Positions 11,747-22,448 of a stretch of DNA of 64,000 bases are shown here, one piece after another. A model generated the notes under the pieces. It was not told where the DNA came from and ran no database searches. It saw only the letters and a list, made by a program, of their open reading frames with translations. Each line of letters opens with the position of its first letter. The stretch's first letter is position 1. The DNA is from Candidatus Binatia bacterium (lineage in GTDB: Bacteria > Desulfobacterota > Binatia > Bin18). Both the position numbers and the translations under genes were made by a program. The stretch covers positions 113,783-177,782 of the forward strand of contig CAXXHG010000046.1 of the NCBI GenBank assembly GCA_963666315.2. The letters are read 5' to 3'.

Positions 11747-11774
11747 GTAGGGGCGACCGGCCGGTCGCCCCTAC
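11747..11774. repeat. Perfect 28-bp REP palindrome within the cyclase coding frame
   Basis: GTAGGGGCGACCGGCCGGTCGCCCCTAC; intergenic relative at 31311-31338. Confidence 0.9.
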
Positions 11775-14381
11775 AAGTACGTATCGGTATCCATACGGGT
11801 CCAGTTGTTGTTGGTGCGATGGGTGGAGGCGACAGGCAAGAACAGCTGGCCATAGGTGAAACACCGAACATTGCCGCCCGGGTCCAAGGGCAAGCCGAGC
11901 CGGATACGGTCGTCATCAGTGCAACCACATATCAGCTGATACATGGATCGTTCGCCTGTGAAGACCAGGGACCCCAGACACTAAAAGGAATCAGTACTCC
12001 ACTGTCGCTCTATCGGGTTACGGAAGAGCGGGCCGTCCAAAGCCGCTTTGAGGCGACGGTTCAAAAGGGTGTAGAGGGCTTATCAGCATTGGTCGGCCGC
12101 GAGGAGGAGATCCAGTTCCTACACGAGCACTGGCAGCGTTCCTGCACAGGGGAAGGTCAGGCCGTGCTGGTAAGTGGGGAGCCCGGCATTGGCAAATCAC
12201 GGCTCATGCAAGAACTCAAGGAGAGAGTTGCCAAGGATGCAGGCAGATGTATTGAGTTTCACTGTTCTCCCTATCACACCAACAGCGCCCTGCATCCAGT
12301 CATTGAGCATCTGCAACAACGACTGCAGTTTGAGCGGGATGACACGGATGAGACCAAGCTGGAAAAACTCTAACACGCGTTCGCCTCTAATCGCTTTGCG
12401 AAAACTGATCCCCTGTCTCTTTCCCTGCTCGCAGCGCTGTTATCACTGCCGCAACCTGAGGACTCTCCTCCACTGGCCTATAGTCCTCAAAAGCAGAAAG
12501 AGAAGACTTACGAGACGCTTGGGCGCTGGCTCGTGGAGGAAGCCGAGGACACTGCCGTATGCTGCCTGTGGGAAGACCTGCACTGGGCCGACCCGTCAAC
12601 GCTTGAACTGCTGGCCCTCTACCTGGACCAAGTTCCGACTGCGCGCATGTTGGCCATGCTCGTCTTCCGTCCGGAATTTACACCCCCGTGGACGATCCGG
12701 TCGCACATGACCCAATTCACACTGAGCCGCTTGGGACAGCCGCACGTGGTAGCGATAATTGAACGCGTGACGGGGGGTAAAGCACTGCCAAACGAGGTCG
12801 TGCAGCAAATCGCGGCTAAGACCGATGGGGTGCCGCTGTTTGTGGAGGAGTTGACCAAGACAGTGCTGGAATCTGACATCGTCCGGGCCGTCAACGGTCA
12901 CTATGAACTAACAGGTCCGGTGTCCGCTTTGAGTATTCCCGTCACCTTACAAGACTCGCTCATGGCCCGGTTGGATAGGCTGCCACTGGCCAAAGGGGTG
13001 GCGCAATTGGGGGCAACGATAGGCCGAGAGTTTAACTATGAACTCCTCCACGCTACAGAGTTACCTGCCGAGGAGGAGCTGCAACAAGGTCTCGAACAAT
13101 TAGTCCAGGCCGAGTTGGTTTATCAGCGCGGCTACCTGCCCGATGCTCAGTACACGTTTAAGCATGCGCTGATTCAGGACACAGCGTATCAGTCTTTATT
13201 GAAACGCACCCGCCAGCAGTACCACCGTCAGATTGCCGAAGTCATGGAGCAGCAGTTTGCCGAGCGGGTAAGCGCGCAGCCGGAGCTGCTAGCGCACCAT
13301 TACACCGAGGCCCAGCTGATTGAGCAGGCGCTGCCGTATTGGCTACAAGCCGGGCAGCAGGCCACGCAGCGGTTTGCCAACACCGAAGCTATCCAGCACT
13401 TGGACAAAGGTGTCGCGCTCCTCCAGACTCTGCCCGACAGCCCTGAGCGGGCGCAGCACGAGCTGCCGTTTCATATGGCGTTACAGGCGTCGCTCTTTAC
13501 CACGACCGGATGGGCCTCTCCCGAGCTGGGCCGGAGCATGGAACGGGCGTACACCCTGTCTCAGCAGGTTGGCGAGCCCCGGCAGATTTTTGATGTGTTG
13601 ATGGGGCTGTGCCCATTTCATATGGGCGGTCAATCTGAGCTGCGGACAAGCCTAGAAGTGGCCGAACAGATGCTGCGCCTGGCCCAGGGGCAGGACGACG
13701 CCACCCTCATGCAGAGAGCCCATTTGATGGTGGCGAATACGCTATTCTATATGGGTAACCTCTCCACGACGCAGATACACCTTGCGCAGGGGCTGGCCCT
13801 TGGCGACGCCGTGCAGGACGGTTTTATCAAGCAGCTCGGGGCGGACGCGCGGATGGTTCTGCTATCCTACGTCGCGCTGACCCTCTGGGTACAGGGGTTT
13901 CCCGAGCAGGCGTTGCAGCGGAGTACAGAAGCTATAACCCAGGCGCAGGAACTGGGGCACCCCTTCAACTCGGTGATGGGGCTCGAGCTGGCTACGCTGC
14001 TCCATGTATTACGTCGCGAGGCGCAATCGGCCCAAGAGCGAGCTGAGGCGGCTATGACTCTTGCGACGGAGCACGGGTTCCCAATGTACGTGGCCTGGAG
14101 CTCTATCCACCACGGCTGGGCCGTCGGAGAGCAGGGAGCCCCTGAGGAAGGGAGCGCACTGTTCAAGGAGGCACTCTCCCTCTACCAGGCTCCAGGGATA
14201 AAGGGATGGATACCGTTTTATCTGGGACTCTTGGCGCAATTAGACGGGCAGGGGGGGCGCGCCGAGGAGGGCTTGTCCGTGTTGGCCGAGGCTCGCGAGC
14301 TCAGCACGCAACGAGGGGACTGCTGGAGTGAGGCAGAGTTGTATCGGCTGACCGGCGAGTTGACATTACAAAAGTTCAAAG

Positions 14382-14443
14382 CCCGTCCTGAGCAAAGTCG
14401 AAGGATTCAAAGTTCAGAGCCTGTCCTGAGCGGAGTCGAAGGG
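14382..14443 (+). repeat. Two CCTGTCCTGAGC..GTCGAAGG repeat units within coding sequence
   Basis: Inverted intergenic copy at 54738-54760; absent from the paralog near 16680. Confidence 0.8.
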
Positions 14444-14688
14444 ATCAATGGCGAAGAAGAAGCTGAAGGCCATTTTCTCAAGGCCATTGAAATTGCCCAA
14501 AAGCAAGAAGCCAAATCCTGGGAACTGCGCGCCGCCACGAGCCTTGCTCATCTGTGGCAGCAACAAGGCAAGAAGCAAGAAGCCCTCGATTTACTCGCTC
14601 CATTCTACAATTGGTTTACCGAAGGCTTTGACACGCCGGACTTGAAAGACGCCAAAGCGTTGTTGGATGAACTAATGGAGAGGCAGTA

Positions 14689-16917
14689 ATGGACTTTCCC
14701 GAGCTGCTAGACCAAGTCCGAGAGCTACTCCGCACCAAGGGTCGTGTATCCCCTATCTATTTTCTTTATTAGGGATAGAGGAAGCGAATTCGTCTCTACA
14801 GCAGATGGACGCCCAGATTCGGCGGCAGCGGACGTTTGAGGCGCTGAAGAAACTGTTTTTACGAGAGAGCCTCAATCAGCCATTCCTCTTCATCTTTGAA
14901 GACCTACATTGGATTGACAGTGAGACACAAGGTTTTCTAGATGCGCTGAGTGAGAGCATCGCGTTGGCCAACCTACTCTTGTTAGTGAACTACCGGCCTG
15001 AGTATCGCCACGAGTGGGGCCAGAAGACCTATTGCACCCAACTGCGGCTTGCTCCACTGGGCAAAGACGAAGCGGAGGAGCTGCTGACCTCCCTCCTGGG
15101 AAGAGATGCTAGCCTCAAGGCATTGAAAGGGCTGATCCTAGAGCGCACTGATGGCACGCCCTTCTTCATGGAAGAGGTGGTGCAGACTTTGACGGAGGAA
15201 GGTGCGTTAAGCGGTGAGCGTAGCAACTACCGACTGGAAGCGACCCCGACCGAGCTCCATATTTCTCCGACCGTCCAAGGCGTGTTAGCCGCCCGCATAG
15301 ATCGACTCACCGCAGAAGAAAAAGAATTCCTTCAGCAGCTCTCCGTAATCGGTCGCCAGTTTCCGGTCAGTCTGGTCAAGCAAGTTGTTCCTCAATCCGA
15401 GGCAGACCTGTATCGCATCTTAGCGTCTCTGCAGGCCAAAGAATTTCTGTACGAACAGCCCGCCTTTCCCGAGGTCGAATACCTCTTTAAGCACGCACTC
15501 ACCCAAGACGTGGCCTATGGGACCGTGCTCCAGGAACGGCGCAAGGCGCTGCACGAGCGGACGGGGCAAGCGATAGAATCGCTGTATAAAGACAAGCGCG
15601 AAGACCATTACACTGAACTCGCCCATCACTACAGTCTGAGTGACAACACCGAGAAGGCTCTCGAATATCTCTATCTGGCCGGGCAGCGGGCTATACAAAG
15701 GTCCGCCAATGCCGAAGCAATTAAGCACTTGAACCAAGGAATCGCGCTCCTCCAGACACTACCCGACAGCTCAGAGCGGACACAACACGAACTCCAATTC
15801 CATGTAGCGTTGAATGCGCCGCTGTATGCCACCAGCGGATTTGCCTCACCTGAGCTGGGACAGACCATGGAGCAGGCGTACGCGCTGTGCCAACGGTTAG
15901 GGGAGCCCCCGGAGCTCTTCAGCGTGTTGACGGGGTTGTGGATGTTTCACACCGGCGGCCAGTCCGCATTGGAGACGGGCCGTGCGTTAGCCGAGCAGAT
16001 GCTGCGTTTGGCCCAGCAGCAGGACGATGCCACTCTCGTACAGAGAGCCCACGCATGGATGGCGAACACTCTCTTTTATCTGAGCGACCTATCCGCGACG
16101 CGCAAGCACCTTGAGCAAGCGATCGCGCTCGACGACATCGTACCGGATGGGATCATTGATCAAATGGGACTCGATCAAAAGGGAGTGCTACATCTCATTG
16201 CCGCACTGACCCTCTGGGTGCAGGGGTATCCAGAGCAGGCATCACAGCAGAACACTGAAGTTCTGACCCGGGCGCAGGTGCTCACCTTGGCCGCGCTGTT
16301 CCATGTCTTGCGTCGCGAGGTGCAGCCGACCTTGGAGAATACCGAAGCAGCCAGAATACTTGCGATAGAGCGCGGGCTTCCATTTTACTTAGCTTGGGGC
16401 TCTATCCACCAGGGCTGGGCCGTCGCAGACCAAGGAGACCCTGAGCAAGGGGTCTCACTACTTGAGCAAGGACTCTCCCACTACCGAGCGACAGGGCAAG
16501 GGGGCTGGGTACCATTTTATCTCGGTCTCCTGGCGCAGGTGCAGGGGCAGGCTGGACACATGGAAGAAGGTTTGTCGATATTGGCCAAGGCGCGGGAGAT
16601 GAGCACGCAGCGGGGAGAGGTCTGGAGTGAGGCGGAATTGTATAGGCTGACCGGGGAGCTGACGCTACAAGAATGGAAGGTCAAAGGTCACAAGTCAAAA
16701 GTCGAAGAAGAAGCGGAAGGCCATTGAGATTGCCCAGAAGCAAGAGGCTAAGTCCTGGGAACTGCGTGCCGCCACGAGTCTGGCTCGTCTATGGCAACAG
16801 CAGGGCAAGAAGCAAGAAGCCCTCGATCTCCTCGCTCCCGTCTACAATTGGTTCACCGAAGGCTTTGACACGGCAGACTTGAAGGAGGCTAAGATGCTGA
16901 TAGATCAGTTGTCTTGA
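14689..16917 (+). pseudogene. Second cyclase-AAA-TPR paralog, internally deleted and frameshifted
   Basis: MDFPELLDQVRELL N-terminus, then loss of the cyclase and P-loop; EDLHWID; frameshift near 16720. Confidence 0.85.
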
Positions 16918-16940
16918 TCCGTCCCTTTATGAGTATGACT

Positions 16941-17001
16941 GTAGGGGCGAGGTTACCTCGCCCAATAAGGTGTCGGGTTACGCTCCGCTAACCCGACCTA
17001 C
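16941..17001. repeat. Inverted doublet of GTAG-type REPs
   Basis: GTAGGGGCGAGG..CCTCGCCC and GTCGGGTTA..TAACCCGACCTAC between convergent genes. Confidence 0.85.
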
Positions 17002-17023
17002 GGCTCGCGCATAGATATCAACG

Positions 17024-18403
17024 TCAGTTTAGTGTGGTATCCGTCTGAGCGCGTTCAGAATCTGCCCCAAAGACAATCTGCCCAGCCGCGTCTTGCGCTC
17101 GAATACGCGCTTCGATTGTAGGTGAGATCTGCAAGTTACGCTCTGTGGGGAATTTGTCCTTGTATAAATGCGGGCGCAGGAAGAACTCTTCGGGAGTCCG
17201 GATCACCGCTTGGGTTTTTAAAGGCGCGGGGAACCAACCGCGACGCATGAAGTCTGGAGAGAAGAACACGTCCTTGTCTTGCTGTGACCAATCTTTGACC
17301 TGCATAGCATCATGCAGCGTGTAGCCATAATAGTCTGCCTGGGCGTCCCACCAGACCGCAATCAGGTTGTGATAGCCGCGCTCCCCGAGGTTCGGATTCA
17401 TCATTTTGGTAATCCGCGTCTCAAGAAAGATGAGCTCATCCTGCTGGCCGTACACCTCCATCCGGAGCGGATAGAAATAGTGTTGATCCAGCCAATACAC
17501 CACCTTGCTGGCATAATAACCCGGCAGCCATTCCGGCTTTGGACGGGATTCAACGACGTAGAAGCTCACGCTCCCATCTGGCTGATAATGTGGATATTCG
17601 TCTCCCATTATTTTCAGGTCTTGGACGGGAACGTCGGTGAAGGATCCATCTGCTGTTGCCAGGGTGATAATCGGTCGCGTTTTTGGGAAGCGGACCGTCT
17701 CGGTCAAAGTATCGGTTCCCAATATCCGCCACGAAAACTCCCAAGCGTCGCGACCCAGCGAGTCATCAAACGTCATCGGCCACGTAGCCAGCTTGTCTTC
17801 TCGTTGGGGTTGCGGGAAGCGGCGGACCCGACGGATTGCGGGCGAATAGCCAAACAGGTCGGCCTTGATGCGCTTCTCCTTATCCGTCCGGTAGGTCATA
17901 AAGAGCAGTTGATTGCCGTAATTTTCAGGCGGAGATAAATCCTGAGTCAACCAGTGAGCCAACAGTTCCCCCGGTTGCGCAGTCAGGTGTCCAATCAACC
18001 CCTCGGGTTTCCGATAATGAACGAGGACGAGAATTTGCGAACTGGACAGATAGCCGCTCGGTGTCAATATCCCTGCGTCTTCGATCTGAACACAGCTCCA
18101 ACGCGGCATGTGAGGGAATTCCATGCCGCGAAAGCCCATTTCCTCGGCGGTGTATGGGGTTTTGAATGGATAAGCTTCAGCCGGTAGATACGGGGTGTTC
18201 GCATCGCGTGGCGTATCCTTCGCCATATCGATACCAATCCGTTCGTCTTCAGAAAGCTCAGAAAGTGCCTTCCATGTTCTCCCCGGTGCCTCAGTCTGCT
18301 CCCCTGCAGCCCAGAGAGGCTGCAAACAAAAAACGAGGCTCAAGCCAATGAGGATAAAAAATCTTAAGCTTCGGCCGAAAAGGTGTCTCACGTCGCCGCG
18401 CAT
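17024..18403 (-). CDS. Secreted DUF1329/outer-membrane lipoprotein-sorting-like protein
   Basis: Signal peptide; YSPAIRRVRR; YYASKVVYWLD. Confidence 0.7.
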   Translation of the reverse strand: MRGDVRHLFGRSLRFFILIGLSLVFCLQPLWAAGEQTEAPGRTWKALSELSEDERIGIDMAKDTPRDANTPYLPAEAYPFKTPYTAEEMGFRGMEFPHMPRWSCVQIEDAGILTPSGYLSSSQILVLVHYRKPEGLIGHLTAQPGELLAHWLTQDLSPPENYGNQLLFMTYRTDKEKRIKADLFGYSPAIRRVRRFPQPQREDKLATWPMTFDDSLGRDAWEFSWRILGTDTLTETVRFPKTRPIITLATADGSFTDVPVQDLKIMGDEYPHYQPDGSVSFYVVESRPKPEWLPGYYASKVVYWLDQHYFYPLRMEVYGQQDELIFLETRITKMMNPNLGERGYHNLIAVWWDAQADYYGYTLHDAMQVKDWSQQDKDVFFSPDFMRRGWFPAPLKTQAVIRTPEEFFLRPHLYKDKFPTERNLQISPTIEARIRAQDAAGQIVFGADSERAQTDTTLN

Positions 18404-18550
18404 TCAGGCCCTCCTTTCGCTTTCGTACCATACCGAAGACAACCCATCGGATGCAAGTGATCCGTCGCGGCGTACAGCACAGCGAGAAGCCTTGGCCTTT
18501 ATCCTCCAACCGATTAGGATACGCTTAGCATCCGTATCTGGATAATCAAG

Positions 18551-18916
18551 ATGAAGAAATCACTCAGCCGGGCATATTTCTTATTTGCTTTGAGCCTTTT
18601 TGGCCTTGCTGGCCTGCATACGATTTACTTAGGAAAACCGATTAAGGGGGTCCTTTTTCTGATTGCGACCTGGGCAGGCCTCTTCGCTCTCACAACGGTA
18701 CTCATCCTGCCTTCTCCGAGTATCCCTCTGGTGATTGGGCTGGCGCTACCCAGGATATGGCAGACTTTCGTGCTCACCATCCCCTCCCCCAGTACTCTCC
18801 TTGTGGTTGGGCTGCTCGCGCTGCCTGTTATTGGGGTATGGTGGTTCGTTGATTTGTTCTCTCTTCCGAGGCAGGTACGGAAGGCAAACACGATGAGAGA
18901 GCATGTCAAAACGTAA
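18551..18916 (+). CDS. TM2-domain membrane protein
   Basis: FGLAGLHTIYLGK..G.LFL, WWFVDLFSLP. Confidence 0.75.
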   Translation: MKKSLSRAYFLFALSLFGLAGLHTIYLGKPIKGVLFLIATWAGLFALTTVLILPSPSIPLVIGLALPRIWQTFVLTIPSPSTLLVVGLLALPVIGVWWFVDLFSLPRQVRKANTMREHVKT

Positions 18917-19044
18917 GGAAACATGCCCAGCCGTGCACCGCTGATGACAACACCGGTCTGATCCCTCGCTCCCATAGAGTTTGAGAAGCACGCCTGATCT
19001 TGTTATCACTTGGCTGCCAGAAACATCAGACACAGGAGAACATC

Positions 19045-19926
19045 ATGACCATACCCTCAGCCCCAGCAGTTCAATCATTTACCATCGGTAATATCAGCGT
19101 CTCAAAAGTGTTGGACTGCATCGAGCCAACGAGTCCGCGCTTTCTCTATGTTGATAAGAGCAAGGAAGACTTTCAGCCGTATTTGGACTGGCTCCAACCA
19201 CACTTTCTTGACGCAGGCAGACGGATGCTGCTCAGCATCCATACCTTTCTCATTCAAACCGCTCACAACACCATCCTCGTCGATACTTGTGTCGGCAACG
19301 ACAAACAGGGCCTCGCCTTTCCGCAATGGAACGAACGCCAAGAAGACGTCTACTTACGGGACCTTGCTGCAGTGGGCTACTCTCCACAAGACGTAGACTA
19401 TGTGTTCTGCACCCACATGCATCTCGATCACACGGGTTGGAATACCCGTTTGCAAGACGGCCGTTGGACGCCCACATTTCCAAACGCCACCTACCTGTTT
19501 AACAAACAGGAGTGGGAACACTGGAAAGACGAACCCAACCCAGAGGATCAAGCCGTTGTTGAGCAGAATATAACGCCAATCATTGAAGCTGCGCTGGTAG
19601 AATGGGTGGACAACGCGTGGGGCATTGATGATGAAGTCAGCCTGGTGCCAACGCCTGGTCATACACCGGGGCATTGTAGCGTCCAGCTCGGCTCCAACGG
19701 TCAGCAGGCCATTATTACTGGCGATATAATGGTCAACCCGGTTCAGGTTGCCGAACCGCACTGGAGTCAAATCGCGGATACGGACAAAGCTCTCGCCATT
19801 GAGACCCGGACTCAATTTATCGACCAGCACTGTGATACCGACACAATGATTCTAGGGACGCACTTCAACACACCAACCGGTGTCTATATTGTCAGTCAGG
19901 GTGAACAGAAACGGATCAGATGGTAA
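19045..19926 (+). CDS. MBL-fold metallo-hydrolase
   Basis: THMHLDHTGWN, TPGHTPGH. Confidence 0.92.
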   Translation: MTIPSAPAVQSFTIGNISVSKVLDCIEPTSPRFLYVDKSKEDFQPYLDWLQPHFLDAGRRMLLSIHTFLIQTAHNTILVDTCVGNDKQGLAFPQWNERQEDVYLRDLAAVGYSPQDVDYVFCTHMHLDHTGWNTRLQDGRWTPTFPNATYLFNKQEWEHWKDEPNPEDQAVVEQNITPIIEAALVEWVDNAWGIDDEVSLVPTPGHTPGHCSVQLGSNGQQAIITGDIMVNPVQVAEPHWSQIADTDKALAIETRTQFIDQHCDTDTMILGTHFNTPTGVYIVSQGEQKRIRW

Positions 19927-19936
19927 AGGACACCGC

Positions 19937-20989
19937 ATGAAATTTGGATTGCACTTTCAGCTTCCCCAGTCTCCCCATCAATCGGACGTGGCGCTCTACC
20001 GCGACTCTTTGGATCAAGCTGCTCACGCAGAGACGTTAGGTTTTGAGTCAGTCTGGCCGGTCGAGCAACATTTTAATGCAGCATTCTCCTTGCTGCCTTC
20101 GCCTCTGCTGTGGCTGGCTGCTCTGGCGGAACGCACGCACACCATGCGTCTCGGCATTGGCATTATCTTATTGCCTCTTTCACACCCAGTGCGGGTGGCA
20201 GAGGAAATCGCAACCCTGGATGTCTTGAGCAATGGACGGGTCGAGTTCGGTATTGGTCGAGGGGTGTTTCCCGCTCACTTTGCGGGTTTTGGTATCGACC
20301 AGGCAGAGAGCCGGGAGCGTTTACTGGAAGGCTTAGAGATCATTCTCAAGGCATGGACCGAAGAACGTTTTTCGTTCCACGGCAAGTTTTTTAACGTAGA
20401 GAACTTGTGTGTTGTTCCAAAACCGATCCAACAGCCGCACCCGCCTGTGCGCGTGGCCTCGAATACGGTTGAGACCTTCGAGCTGATGGGAAAACTCGGA
20501 TACTCAATCCTGTCCGCCTCTCAGGTGAATACGTTTCCCAAACTGCGCGAGCTGATTCCGCTCTATTACCAAGCTCGTCAAGCAGCCGGACATACAAATG
20601 GAGACGCTGACACACTCAGCCTGCTCTCCCCCGTCTATGTTGGGGACACCGCAGACCAGGTCCGATCCGAGTCTGCGCCGAGCATGAGTCGATTTATTCA
20701 ATCGCTGCTTGAGGCTTTTCCAGCAATCACTAATGACGGTTCGGAAAAAAGCAAATTGCTCCAGGAAGCCGCAGATCGTCTCCGTGACACCACATATGAG
20801 CAGGTGTGTGAAACAATGGCCATCTATGAGACGCCGGAAGTGTGCGTTGAACGGCTTCAGCAATTGCAGGCAGAGTTTGGCATGGGCCGCATGATCTGCT
20901 GGTTTAATGCGGGCGGACTCGTTCCGCATGAAAACGTTATGCGCAGTATGGAACTCTTTGCCGACAAAGTCATGCCGAATTTTGGGTGA
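19937..20989 (+). CDS. LLM-class flavin-dependent oxidoreductase
   Basis: WPVEQHF, HPVRVAEEIATLDVLSNGR. Confidence 0.92.
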   Translation: MKFGLHFQLPQSPHQSDVALYRDSLDQAAHAETLGFESVWPVEQHFNAAFSLLPSPLLWLAALAERTHTMRLGIGIILLPLSHPVRVAEEIATLDVLSNGRVEFGIGRGVFPAHFAGFGIDQAESRERLLEGLEIILKAWTEERFSFHGKFFNVENLCVVPKPIQQPHPPVRVASNTVETFELMGKLGYSILSASQVNTFPKLRELIPLYYQARQAAGHTNGDADTLSLLSPVYVGDTADQVRSESAPSMSRFIQSLLEAFPAITNDGSEKSKLLQEAADRLRDTTYEQVCETMAIYETPEVCVERLQQLQAEFGMGRMICWFNAGGLVPHENVMRSMELFADKVMPNFG

Positions 20990-21069
20990 GCAATACACAC
21001 AACCAGTTCTGCGTGATTATAGCCCCCCGTTATCAATCCGGACTGCAGGACTATGGGAAGTGCCGTGCG

Positions 21070-22227
21070 CTATGCTGGAGCGTCATGCATCCGCCACGAC
21101 TTGTTCCCTGCCGGCAAATTGAAAAGCTGGGCTGCATTCTCACGCATGATGTTTTGGCGCTGCTGCTCTGTCAGGTCGGCCGTGTGTTCGGCCAACAATT
21201 GTTGAGAGCGCGGCCAGGTTGAATCGGTATGAGGAAAATCACTCGCCCATAGCAGTTGGTGGTGAGACATCAGGTGTAGGGATTTGAACGCGGTCAGGTC
21301 GTCTTGGAAGGTCATCCACACGTTGCTCTGTATATATTCGCTGGGCAGTTTGGACAGGCCGTCGAGAATGCCGCCCTCAACGTTGAACTTAGCGGCGTGA
21401 TCCATACGGTACATATAATGTGGCATCCAGCCGGCATCGCCCTCGGCACACACGAGTTTCAATTTCGGATGACGCTCGAAGACACCCCCCAGGACCAGGA
21501 GGCCCACCACATCTTGGACAGCCCGGATGATGCCGAGAAAATTGTTCATGGCGTGTCCACGATGAGGCATATTCAGGCTGCCGTCGCGTGAGGTCAAAAT
21601 ATGAAAACAGATGGGCAGACCGAGATCCGTGGCACACTCCCACAGGGCGTCGTAGTCGGCGTGATCATAGTCCTCGTAGATAGGACGACCGGGCATCATC
21701 ATGCCGACCATATCCATCTCCTTGGCGCGTCGAAAATCAGCAATGGCACTATCAACGCTTAAGACCGCCGTCTGTGCCAGCCCCAGAATGCGGTTCGGAG
21801 CCTCGCTGCACATAGACTGTAGCCACAGGTTATAGGCCTGCATACAGGCGTTTTTATAGTCCGGATCGCGGTGCATGCACAGACCCATACCAATCGAGGC
21901 GTAGATGACTTCGGCTGCAATCCCGTCCTGGTCCATGTACGGAAGGCGCGCATGACCGCCATACGCGCCCTCGCGGATATCGGAAAACTTCGCTCTCTTT
22001 GCGCGCTCGTTGCGTTCTGTGACGCCGAAGCCGGCACCATCAATAAATCCCAGCGGAATCGGACGCTTCATCCCATGCACGACAAAGGCGTCTGTGCCGT
22101 CAGGTTGTTCAACGATGCGCGGTGCGACGTCGCGATATTTCGGATCAATATAGTCAATATAACAATTGGGCGGCTCACACACGTGGCCATCAGCTGAAAT
22201 TATCCCGACTGGTATCTCTGGCATCAT
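21070..22227 (-). CDS. Amidohydrolase_2 family protein
   Basis: ISADGHVCEP, GGVFERHPKLK, WASDFPHTDSTWP. Confidence 0.9.
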   Translation of the reverse strand: MMPEIPVGIISADGHVCEPPNCYIDYIDPKYRDVAPRIVEQPDGTDAFVVHGMKRPIPLGFIDGAGFGVTERNERAKRAKFSDIREGAYGGHARLPYMDQDGIAAEVIYASIGMGLCMHRDPDYKNACMQAYNLWLQSMCSEAPNRILGLAQTAVLSVDSAIADFRRAKEMDMVGMMMPGRPIYEDYDHADYDALWECATDLGLPICFHILTSRDGSLNMPHRGHAMNNFLGIIRAVQDVVGLLVLGGVFERHPKLKLVCAEGDAGWMPHYMYRMDHAAKFNVEGGILDGLSKLPSEYIQSNVWMTFQDDLTAFKSLHLMSHHQLLWASDFPHTDSTWPRSQQLLAEHTADLTEQQRQNIMRENAAQLFNLPAGNKSWRMHDAPA

Positions 22228-22448
22228 ATTATTTACTCTCCGTTTGCCGTTACATATTGAGCCTGACACTCCGAAGCTCGGCGATAACGAGAACACTGAC
22301 AATCATAAGAACACTACCGTGGCCTAGAGTACGCAAACATCCGGATCTTTTCAAGGAAGAAGGGGAGAACTGCTATTCTGCTCAAGGAGAAGAGGCCGGA
22401 CAGGCTACACGCCTTGAGTGCCACCCCAGGCTGGGCTAACGTATCCGC

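Larger units (their letters stand above)
11213..14689 (+). pseudogene. Class III adenylate/guanylate cyclase-AAA ATPase-TPR protein with in-frame TAA at 12371-12373
   Basis: [42 protein letters not shown]; frame continues across the TAA. Confidence 0.9.
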
